64,000 nucleotides of DNA from a virus. The position numbers and the translations under genes were made by a program. Position 1 is the stretch's first letter; each line of letters begins with the position of its first letter. The notes beneath the pieces are model-generated. The model was not told where the DNA came from. It saw nothing but the letters and a program-made list of their open reading frames with translations, and made no database searches. Positions 19,512 to 28,605 of the stretch are shown here, in pieces. Where the stretch lies: IMG/VR virus record IMGVR_UViG_3300033156_000775, positions 32,001 through 96,000 of that record, one strand, 5' to 3'.

Positions 19512-20252
19512 CTAATCCTCCTTTATGGTTGATTCTAAGATGAGCTTCTCATGCTGAAGCTCATCTATAACTCTAAGGATCAGCTTAGGGTTATGGTTAT
19601 AATACACTTCACAGACACCTTTAATCAGCTCTAGAACTTCAGAATTATCCAAGCTCATTATTAGATCTAAATTGCAGTACACCCATTTTTTAATGTTCAC
19701 AAATGTCTGTTCAGCTCTAGTGTTATATGGTCTTTTCTGGTTTTTAGGATATACGACTAGAGTTATTCCTATCCTCTCAAGGGCCTTAGCAACCTTCATT
19801 AAAACCCTATCTGAACGTAGATACTTGATATTTTCCCCAGCATCTAGAGCTTTTTGAACCAAGAATAACACTTTAAAGCTATTTTCAACTCTACCGATCC
19901 ATAAATGATACACTACCCGATTAGTCTTAATGTTTCTAATTGTGCCTAAAATTATGCCCTTTAAGACTTTTCTAGAATGATGTTTATCAGCTATCGAACC
20001 GTTAGTTATCGGTCTGGTGAAGTCTAAGACATGAGTTATTTTCTCAATAGGGACATGATCATTCAGCTTCTGTTTCTGATGTGGATTATGCTTATCAAAG
20101 TCTCTTTTAGCTTCATAAGATTCAGCTTTAAGCAACCAATTCTTAATTGTCTGATGTGACACATTGTAACACTTAGCTATAGCCGTTAATCCAAAGTTGA
20201 GCTCATGAAGCATTTTTATCTCATTGATCTTTTCCATTTTTCCAACCCTCAT
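19512..20252 (-). CDS. HTH plus degenerate DDE/integrase-core-like protein
   Basis: N-terminal HTH (LTAIAKCYNVSHQTIKNWL); later VLDFT, YLRSDR and PYNTRAEQTFVNIK resemble the rve-type D, D and N..AE motifs. Confidence 0.45.
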   Translation of the reverse strand: MRVGKMEKINEIKMLHELNFGLTAIAKCYNVSHQTIKNWLLKAESYEAKRDFDKHNPHQKQKLNDHVPIEKITHVLDFTRPITNGSIADKHHSRKVLKGIILGTIRNIKTNRVVYHLWIGRVENSFKVLFLVQKALDAGENIKYLRSDRVLMKVAKALERIGITLVVYPKNQKRPYNTRAEQTFVNIKKWVYCNLDLIMSLDNSEVLELIKGVCEVYYNHNPKLILRVIDELQHEKLILESTIKED

Positions 20253-21396
20253 TTTTTGGTTATTCTATAGAGGAATAACCTAATAAGACTTTATATTATG
20301 CACATATTAGGAAGCTAATATTTTATAACCAACTGGAATATTTCCACATGAGATTATGGCTTTAAGGCTTTACACAAAGCCTTAAAGTATGGGGAGAGCT
20401 CAAGCCCAACCCCCAGCCCCACCTCAAGCTCAAAGCTCTTAAAGAAAAGGAAAAAGTAAACCGCACTACATCCAAAATCTTATATACACCATACGCACAT
20501 AACTAAAAACCACAAAAGAAAAGGAGGAATGAAACAGAAATGGTTTATAAATCGAGAAATCCCCTGTTTAGAGACTTAACCGATGAGGAGGAGAAGGAGT
20601 TTAGAGAATCCGCTGAAAGCTTCTGTCAACATGGCTTTTCGCTGTATAGTGAAGTATTGAAGGCAATTCATCCAGTGGTACGGAAAGAGATCATTAGGGT
20701 TCTGGAAGAGAGTCTTAGAGAGCAAGGGGAATTTTAGGAAGTAAGGAGAAACAGAAATGAACCGTAGAGAAATTAAGGAACGTATAGAGAGGATAAAGGG
20801 GAACATTGAATACCTAGAGAAGAACCGTATCTGTGAAGAAATGAAGAGGCACAACAGAGAACTTTATGAAACATCAGAGGAATTTAGAAACATGGTTAAA
20901 GGGCAAAAACACCTAGAGGATAACGCACTCAAAACCTGGGATTTAGAGATCGAGAGATTAACGGAGATGCTGAAGAAATGAGGAAGCTGGTTAAAGGGAT
21001 ATATCTGATCTCAAACTCCAACAATGAAACGATTATAACTTTGATACCTGAGAATCCCTTTAGCTATGAGAACACCAAGAAGATTCTAGACATGAATAAT
21101 GAGACTTCAATTATTCTCCAACACCACCGTAAAGGCGGTTTACTCTACGAGTACACAAACACAGAACATAAAACCACACCATAGAGAACCTAAGCTTTAT
21201 ACCATATCCCTATTTTTTTCTGTTTACTGTTAGTGTGTGGTTGTGTTGGATGCACTACAGCTTTATTATCAGATTTATAGAAAAACCCTTATGCATCCCA
21301 TATTCCAAAATGTAAAATAAGGGAAAATAACGATAATTAAGGAAAATATTTATATACCCCCATGCCTTTTTCTTTGAGTCAGAGGATCGGGGAGAA

Positions 21397-21771
21397 ATGA
21401 GCGGAAAATTACCGATTCTTATAAACGGTCAAGAACTTGAGTCCCAAGAGGCTCAAGAGACTGTTAGGCTGGAGATCCCCCTTAGCGTACTAGAGAAGTT
21501 TTACAACGATGTTCTTCATATGGAGATGCCTGTCAAACGAGCTACTAACTCAAGAGGCAACACCTATATAACGAATAGGAAAAGCCTCTTAGCACCGTTT
21601 CAAAGCTGGTTATTTGCCACTATTGAAGTGTGGTCTGAAAAGGGAAAAGTAACATTAGCCGTCAGGTCCCCAAAGAAACAAGCTAAACAACCTAAAGAAT
21701 CTAAACAACCTAAACAAGCTGAAGAAGCTGAACAAGCTGAAGAAGCTGAACAGTCCGAATCTAATCAATAA
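21397..21771 (+). CDS. Hypothetical protein with a low-complexity KQP/EQA tail (9-bp tandem repeat)
   Basis: ORF downstream of a TTTATATA box and followed by a poly-T terminator at about 21780-21791. Confidence 0.6.
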   Translation: MSGKLPILINGQELESQEAQETVRLEIPLSVLEKFYNDVLHMEMPVKRATNSRGNTYITNRKSLLAPFQSWLFATIEVWSEKGKVTLAVRSPKKQAKQPKESKQPKQAEEAEQAEEAEQSESNQ

Positions 21772-21814
21772 ATCCCCTCTTTTTTTTTTTTATCCTCTAA
21801 AGTTGTGATGGTTT

Positions 21815-22384
21815 ATGAGCATAATCATTGATGGTAAGGAAGCTGAGTTTATCAAGATGGATAAGGACAAGGTTATGCTCATAATTAAGAAGGATGAAGA
21901 AACAGCCTTAGCCTTTCACTCAACCTTTAAGCGTTTTGACTGTTACAAGTATAAGGACATTTCTGATGTGTTCACTGATGAAGGGTATAGAGCTGGAGCT
22001 ATTCGGATTAAGGTCTTAAGTATGTATCCCTTTATGTGTAAGCTCTACGTTAAGAAGCTCGTAGTTGAGCTTAACCAGTATGATCTTATCAACTTCACAT
22101 ATCACAAGAATAAGAACCTTAACCATGAGTCTATCAAAGTCTTAAACACATTGAGGAATAGACTGGTTGAATATCTTAAACAGGTTAAGGCTCATATAGA
22201 TGTCAAGCCTTTAAGGTTCAAGTATGACCATAAGGATAAGAAACCAGTCTTAACGGTCTATTGTGACAGAGAGGTGTCTTATGTCCCTATTACTAAATGC
22301 CTGTTTTGTGAATATAACCGTAATAGACGCACATCAGTTAGGGATAAGTCTTATGATCCGTTAAAGATCAAGTGTGTCTATTAG
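21815..22384 (+). CDS. Hypothetical protein with a C-terminal Cys cluster
   Basis: 189-aa ORF containing C..CLFC..C. Confidence 0.55.
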   Translation: MSIIIDGKEAEFIKMDKDKVMLIIKKDEETALAFHSTFKRFDCYKYKDISDVFTDEGYRAGAIRIKVLSMYPFMCKLYVKKLVVELNQYDLINFTYHKNKNLNHESIKVLNTLRNRLVEYLKQVKAHIDVKPLRFKYDHKDKKPVLTVYCDREVSYVPITKCLFCEYNRNRRTSVRDKSYDPLKIKCVY

Positions 22385-23732
22385 GATAAGCTTATTTTGA
22401 TTCTAAGCCTGTTTCTAACTCTTTAGGAGGTGACTCTTTTGATTAGAGAAGAGTTTTTCAGGGTACTAGATCAATTCTACAAACTAGTTGGGGAATTTCT
22501 AGAAAAAGGTTATAATGAGAAGGAAGCTGTTAGGAAAGCTGAGCTCGTCCTCTTTAAAGGTTCAAAGTCTAAGGATTAATCTCTTAGAGGCTTTGTTATT
22601 TTGGGTAAGCTTATTTTCTTATTTAGGGAAATTCTAAGAAATGTAGAGTTAGGTCTCTTAGCTGAGGAGCTTATTAAGCAAGGCTACCCAGTTAAAGAAG
22701 CTCTTAGGAAAGCCCAGCTTATGGTCACCCAACCAGCTCGTGCCAACAGAGGAGCTACCCCAGAGGAAAGGGAAACAGCTCAAGGTTGGATAGGGAGGAA
22801 AAGGGTGACAAGCTAAAAATAATTTCTCTATTCCTCCCTATGTAGTCCGGACAACACTTTAAGGAGAAACTAATTTGTCCTCTAGAAAAGATTTATTCCT
22901 CTTGTGTAGAAGGTTAGGAACAGAAAGATGCAAGTACAGAAATTCTTATTGCTGTCTTGTTGGGTATAAGCCAAAGGGAAAGTGTCCAGCTGAAAATGAT
23001 GTGTAGTCCGGACTACACTCTCATGGGTCTAGTCTATCTATATCCTAGATAGACAGATAAACCATGAAAGGAGAAATAAAGATGAAAATTGAACCATACG
23101 TGCTTGATGAGATTGAGAACAGAATAATGCAAGTGATTGAGTCCTTAACTGAGAAGCTTGATGCTGATGATGCTGATATTACTGAGCTTCGTATTTTAAT
23201 AGAACACATCCATGTCTTGAAAAGACATCTTCAGGCTTAACGGGAAGGATGTAGGTTGTCAATTGAGATAAGTGAGGAGGACATATGTAGATTCCTAAAG
23301 CTGAAGATGGGAAGAAGACCGTCCCCTTCAGAAGTCAAGTCCTTCATCAGCTATCTGGAAATAGACATGCCAGAATGGCTGAATGACAACTTCAGAAGCT
23401 GGGAAAAGTGTAGTCCGGACAACACTTGTTAGGGATGAAAATTATGAGTAAAGCTAAGAGAGTAAAGGTTTATCTTGAAATAACTGATAAGAGCTACACA
23501 GCTCTCTACACAGCTTCAGACATAGCTGACATCCTAGAAAAAGCACTATATGAAAATCTGATTGAATACTACATTATTAGAGTAGTGGAAATTTAAAGTT
23601 GTTAGTCTCTTGACAAGAGCTGATGTTTATCTTGTCAATTATAGATCATTTCTTCATAGGATATTTCCTTTCATGCTTCTTCTGGATTGGATACTTGTTA
23701 TATAAATCTAGAAAGAAGAAATAAGCCCTAGA

Positions 23733-23846
23733 CCACAGCTGATATGTAGCTAAGCTGGAAAATGCCAATCTAGAGAGTCTATTACAAAATTGATTGTCTA
23801 CAGGACAACATTCCAGCTTAGCATTCTCCCTGCATGTCAGCTGTGG
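23733..23846 (+). ncRNA. Candidate structured ncRNA (long interrupted hairpin)
   Basis: CCACAGCTGATATGTAG pairs with CTGCATGTCAGCTGTGG (G-U pairs); inner GCTAAGCTGGAA pairs with TTCCAGCTTAGC; TTATATAAAT box about 25-30 nt upstream. Confidence 0.55.
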
Positions 23847-23878
23847 AGGGAGACTTAAAATAAAGGAGGAAAATAAGA

Positions 23879-24451
23879 GTGAGAATTCTAGAATTGGATG
23901 ACAACACCATATACATCGATGACCCCAGCTTCACATGTGAGCTGGACGATGGCAAGAAGGTCTATCTAGGTCTAGTGTGTGAAGCTTTTGACCTAAGGGA
24001 AATAGACGATAGACATGATGACGATCCCTACCCGGTGGTAGTGGAAACTCAAGTAACAGTGGCCCCTAGATCCTTAGACAGCAGCTACCTCAAAGTAGCT
24101 AATGAAGGAGAAGGTCTTGATCTTAACAATGATGGGATTAAAGTCTATGTGTCCTACCGTTATTCTGGAGGAGTCCCTGTAAACATGGAGTCTATCAAGG
24201 GATCTGTAAAGTCTAGTGTAGACTCTGAGGTTAGGACAATCAATCATAGGCTGTATGGAGAAATAAAGACTAGACATTTTAGAACTGTAGAGGATGCCTT
24301 ATCCTATGCTAGGAAAGTCTATGCCCATAACTGTAAAGCTCTATTTGGGCTGATAGGGTTCTACTTAGACAGGACACTGAACTTAGCTGGTACAACTGGA
24401 TGGGACATCATACAGCTCCAAGCCTTGAACAAGGACTACAAAGTTTTCTAG
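23879..24451 (+). CDS. Hypothetical protein
   Basis: 190-aa ORF with AGGAGG RBS. Confidence 0.6.
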   Translation: MRILELDDNTIYIDDPSFTCELDDGKKVYLGLVCEAFDLREIDDRHDDDPYPVVVETQVTVAPRSLDSSYLKVANEGEGLDLNNDGIKVYVSYRYSGGVPVNMESIKGSVKSSVDSEVRTINHRLYGEIKTRHFRTVEDALSYARKVYAHNCKALFGLIGFYLDRTLNLAGTTGWDIIQLQALNKDYKVF

Positions 24452-25100
24452 GATTGTGAAGCAATGTCCATAAAGTGGAAAGTGTATGATTCACTAGGAA
24501 ACCTAGTAGGCTACTTCTATAAGGAAAATGATAAAGTAGCTCTTGAGGACTTATCTGGAAAAGTCCAACATGTAAGGAAAGATCTGACATTAAAGCAAGC
24601 TGTAAGGATTCTTCTTAGCGAAGAATAGATCTTAAGCTAAATAGAGGAACGAAAAGAATGAAGCAGCTAACATTCTATGACTTTGAAGGGTTTAGAGAGC
24701 TATGTCACTTCTTTGATGAAGTGCATGAGGAGCTAGCTGACATGTATGAGGCATTGAAGAAACCTAGAGCATATATCAAGGTTGAGCTGACAGGATACAC
24801 TGGAGATAAAAGAGATGTTCTGGAGATCAAGATCCCTAATAGTGTAGTCCGGACTACACTCTAGGAAAGGTCTAAAATGAATAGTGGAAAAGCTAAAGTC
24901 CATTTTAGAGATGTCTACTCTCTAGAGAGACACAGAACTAGGCTGATAAGGATAGGGATAGATCCTAGAGAGCTAGAGGTAAAGTATGACGTAACAACTG
25001 GGAAGCTATTCCTACTTGTTCCCTCAACAGTCCCTGTACGCCTTAAAGCTCAGATTACAATGAAGAAGTAGCCCCTGAAATCCTTCTATTTTTTAGGAAG

Positions 25101-25162
25101 CCAGCTGAAGCAATAGAAGCGTCTAAGTCCTGGCTTCTACCTACATTTGTAGGCTCAGCTGG
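25101..25162 (+). promoter_or_regulatory. Three-way-junction RNA structure in the leader of the ubiquitin-like operon
   Basis: CCAGCTGA/TCAGCTGG closing stem encloses TAGAAGC/GCTTCTA and CCTAC/GTAGG hairpins. Confidence 0.45.
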
Positions 25163-25193
25163 AGGCATCTAGACTGAAAGAGGTATGTGAACA

Positions 25194-25451
25194 ATGTCTG
25201 ATGAAGGAAACGTTTGGACCACTCCAGAGCCTAAGGTGCCTCCTACCATACAGGTAGGGGACAAAGAATTCAAGGTTGAGCTAGAGAGTGACTTTGTGTC
25301 CACTATACTTGGGATCGTAAGATCCCTAGGTATAGGTAGGTTCCTAGTGAAGTACAATGGCTCAGTGATCACACCAGCTGAAGCACCAGACACATTCGAG
25401 GACTATGCTGGAAAAACAATCGTAATAGAGCCAGTTGATGAAGCTGGATAA
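25194..25451 (+). CDS. Ubiquitin-like (beta-grasp) protein
   Basis: 85 aa with a beta-grasp-like pattern, ending IVIEPVDEAG (C-terminal Gly); first gene of an operon with E2, E1 and JAB genes. Confidence 0.7.
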   Translation: MSDEGNVWTTPEPKVPPTIQVGDKEFKVELESDFVSTILGIVRSLGIGRFLVKYNGSVITPAEAPDTFEDYAGKTIVIEPVDEAG

Positions 25452-25483
25452 GAGCTTCTACACACTGGCTCACTTTTTTTTTC

Positions 25484-26635
25484 ATGGAGGATGTTTATAT
25501 GAGGCTTGTTTTCAAGAAGGATGGTGAAAGGCCTCCCAACTTCTATATTGAAATTTCCTATGAAGAGAAAGACCTGATTAACAATTATATCTATGAGAGT
25601 GGAGTTTACTATATCAGTGACAAGATCTACCTGACCAATGCCACTGTGGCTAGAGCTCTAGGTCTCTCATCCAGATATTTGGACTATCATCCATTTATGA
25701 GTAGTTTTACTTCTAGGGAGCTCTTAAGTGCAGCCAAGATAGACATTGAAGATCCTGATGAAAGACAAAAGCTCATCTCTTCAGTGTACAAATACCTGAA
25801 AAACAGGCTTGAGATAGCCATGTCCAAGACTGTTAGGGATGAACGTTCTATTCCCCTAGACATATCTCCATCCCTAGGAGAAATGAATGTAAGCCTAGAG
25901 GAAGTAGGAAAGATAGGGACACCTTTCCTCATCTCTATCGGGGACAAGGTGTTTGAGGCTAAGCTAGTAAAGGAGATTGACAGCTTCAGAGACTACATGC
26001 AGAGAAGGCTGAAGCAGATAGTGGGGGCATATAGAAACCACATTACAGCTACTCTCAGTGCCCTACGTGACGAGTATGATAGGAAACTAGAGGAAATAGA
26101 AAAAACCAGGGAAACAATGATCCCAATGCCTAACATCACTCTTAGTGACTTAGCTACTGGCATGAGAATATGTAGGAACAACCAGTACCTAGAGGTTTAT
26201 CTGCCAGTGAAGGTAGAGATCAAAAGAGTCTTTTACAACAAGAAATCTTTTACATTGAAAAAGGAGTACTGGTGTACTCTCAGAGGACTAGCTGGACTAG
26301 CACTGGATCGTGATCTTACAATAGTGTCAACCAAGTTTGTGAGGTCTAAGAGGGCAAGTAGGGGAGTTAGGCATCCTAACGTGAATGATGATGGAATGGT
26401 GTGTCTTGGCTATACTAGACAGATCCTAGGTAGGAGGCTAAACGACATACATGATGCTTACACATGGATATATTCAGTGGTTGATTTGCTGTCCGTACCT
26501 AACTTCGATGATGCATACGATGTCCATGTTTCACAATGGGCTAGGGAGGTCTTTGATGCTCTGGAAAGTGGCCACTCAAGTGAGGTAGTAGAGGAAGTGG
26601 CTACTCTTCCTTCAGAAGTAGTGTGGAGGACATAA
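25484..26635 (+). CDS. E2 ubiquitin-conjugating-like protein with an N-terminal coiled-coil extension
   Basis: HPNVNDDGMVCLG matches the E2 HPN..G.(I/V)CL catalytic motif, and downstream LLSVPNFDDAY matches the E2 LL..PN..D motif. Confidence 0.8.
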   Translation: MEDVYMRLVFKKDGERPPNFYIEISYEEKDLINNYIYESGVYYISDKIYLTNATVARALGLSSRYLDYHPFMSSFTSRELLSAAKIDIEDPDERQKLISSVYKYLKNRLEIAMSKTVRDERSIPLDISPSLGEMNVSLEEVGKIGTPFLISIGDKVFEAKLVKEIDSFRDYMQRRLKQIVGAYRNHITATLSALRDEYDRKLEEIEKTRETMIPMPNITLSDLATGMRICRNNQYLEVYLPVKVEIKRVFYNKKSFTLKKEYWCTLRGLAGLALDRDLTIVSTKFVRSKRASRGVRHPNVNDDGMVCLGYTRQILGRRLNDIHDAYTWIYSVVDLLSVPNFDDAYDVHVSQWAREVFDALESGHSSEVVEEVATLPSEVVWRT

Positions 26636-26638
26636 CTA

Positions 26639-27277
26639 TTGTACGCTAGGCAGTCTAGTTTAAATCTCCATATTCCAAGTGACATTGGGATCATCGGGTG
26701 TGGAGGCATAGGCTCATGGGTAGCCATCTACTCTGCTATGGGAGGAGTAAGGACAATCAGCTTGTTTGACCCTGACATCCTAGAGATCCATAACCTGAAT
26801 AGACTTCCATATCCTGAGAGTGCTGTGGGCATGAAGAAAGTAGATGTCCTTAGAGAATACCTAGTCCACATTAGGCCTCAGAGTGAGGTATTTGCCTACG
26901 ATAGACGTATTTCAAGGGACAATGCAACCCTACTTCACAAGTGTAAAATAGTCTTTGACTGTACAGATAGCACCAGAGCCCATAGGTTGATAGAGGGCTT
27001 ATGGGTCAAGAAGAGCTTTACTGATCTGATTAGAGCCTCATATGATGGTGACCATTACACCTTGTCCAAGAACCTTCGTTTAGAGAGCATGTCTTGGGGA
27101 AATGAAACCTCTGGGTACCAGATTGTCCCCAGCTGGGTCATCCCAGCATCGTTCATAGCCCAGATTGCATGTTGGTTGGCATATGCTGAGGATGCCCCTG
27201 AAAGATACTTTCTTTCTAACAGTTTAAGGAATACTGTTAACCGTTTCATTTATGGAGGTAAGACCACAATTGACTAG
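26639..27277 (+). CDS. E1/ThiF-family adenylyltransferase
   Basis: YARQ, IIGCGGIGS, DPDILEIHNLNR, KVD and FDCTDS motifs. Confidence 0.9.
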   Translation: MYARQSSLNLHIPSDIGIIGCGGIGSWVAIYSAMGGVRTISLFDPDILEIHNLNRLPYPESAVGMKKVDVLREYLVHIRPQSEVFAYDRRISRDNATLLHKCKIVFDCTDSTRAHRLIEGLWVKKSFTDLIRASYDGDHYTLSKNLRLESMSWGNETSGYQIVPSWVIPASFIAQIACWLAYAEDAPERYFLSNSLRNTVNRFIYGGKTTID

Positions 27278-27379
27278 AAGGAGGAGAAAAAAGAAGAGGA
27301 AAGCTACAGAGGAAACAGGTGGCATACTAGTAGTAGTGGATGATAGGGATAGGAGCAGTGAATTGTCATACCATATCCG

Positions 27380-27907
27380 TTGATTGCCAGGATCTCCAGC
27401 CTAGTTTCTAGACTTCATACTGAGTGGCTAGGTTACTTGGACTATGAACAGGTTGAGGACAATGGTAGACTTGTGTACAGAGCTACAGAGATTACTATCC
27501 CAGATCAGGAGGTCACATACTCATCGGTAAACGTTAACGATCCTGCTATAGGGATAGGTAAAGGAGTCATCCACTGTCATCCCTGGAAGGGATATTCATC
27601 TCATTCTAACACTGATGAGGACTACGTTGATAGGAATCATCCCTTCAGCATAGTTGTAAACAAGGACTTGGACTTCTCTGTAAAAGCTGTAGTAGACGTC
27701 CCATGTGGGTCTAGGATACTAGTAGATGGGGAAGTAGAAATTGAATATCCAGATGTGGATACCAAGTCCTTCCTAGAGGAGGCTAAGAGCAAAATCAAGG
27801 AGAAGAAGTATGTCTACAGATACTCTGCATCTAGGAAAAAGTCATCAGGGATAACTGCTATGGAGTATGGGTACCTAGATCCATACTCATATTCCTGGAT
27901 GCCGTAG
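27380..27907 (+). CDS. JAB/MPN (JAMM) metalloprotease, putative Ubl deconjugase; 5' end possibly frameshifted
   Basis: EWLGYL Glu, IPDQEV, HCHP..SHSNTD (HxH..S..D). Confidence 0.85.
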   Translation: MIARISSLVSRLHTEWLGYLDYEQVEDNGRLVYRATEITIPDQEVTYSSVNVNDPAIGIGKGVIHCHPWKGYSSHSNTDEDYVDRNHPFSIVVNKDLDFSVKAVVDVPCGSRILVDGEVEIEYPDVDTKSFLEEAKSKIKEKKYVYRYSASRKKSSGITAMEYGYLDPYSYSWMP

Positions 27908-28061
27908 TCCGGTCTACATCTAGAGAATGATAGACTATGCCTCTAGCTCTTCTAATCATATCGTTAGTTGTATGGATAGTTGACTTTATACGTAGACCTA
28001 ATCTATGGGAGCATTTACCCCTATCTGAGCGTTACAGACAGAAGTTTATACGGGACTGTCC

Positions 28062-28358
28062 ATGACCCAGTATAGAGATCTCCCTAACCTATTGCCAGAT
28101 CCTTTGAAAAGAGTCCAGCATAGGTTGGTTATGGCTAAGCTTGTGCTTGCCATTCAGTCCTTGTCCAATGACACATTCACTATACATGACCTGATACCTC
28201 TTGTTAGGATTGGAAACAGACGCTTACTCTCCAAATACCTTCTATACCTCTATAGAGAGGGCTATCTGTCCCTTGTTGGAAAGGCAAATTACAGGAGACT
28301 GTCTGTTTACTCTAGAGAGGAAAAGATCTTCACTGTCTTTGATACTGGGATGAAATGA
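28062..28358 (+). CDS. Winged-helix DNA-binding protein (putative)
   Basis: FTIHDL..LSKYLLYLYREGYLSLVG pattern. Confidence 0.5.
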   Translation: MTQYRDLPNLLPDPLKRVQHRLVMAKLVLAIQSLSNDTFTIHDLIPLVRIGNRRLLSKYLLYLYREGYLSLVGKANYRRLSVYSREEKIFTVFDTGMK

Positions 28359-28605
28359 TGAGAGCTAAGAGGTTAACATGTAAGATGGCAGATAAGGTAG
28401 TTACAATTTGGGAAATCGTTATCTATAGAGATGGATGGGAAAGGACAGGGATAATAGCACTTGACTCATATCCACATACAGCTTCTCATGCATGTAAAGA
28501 GGCAGGACTACTAGCTGACAGGTTTGGGATCTTTAAAGAGATTTATAGTTATCCTTACACAGCAACATGGCTGAGGACAATTAAACTTGAATAGGAGATA
28601 GGTCT

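Noticed and set aside
19512-20252. Intact insertion sequence
   Set aside because: No terminal inverted repeats or target duplication could be seen, and the catalytic motifs are only loosely matched.
21675-21765. 9-bp tandem repeat as a regulatory or iteron array
   Set aside because: It is in frame and degenerate, and simply encodes a low-complexity KQP/EEA/EQA protein tail.
26639-27277. ThiF/MoeB as a thiamine or molybdopterin biosynthesis gene
   Set aside because: Its neighbours are E2-like and JAB genes, and no cofactor-biosynthesis genes are present.
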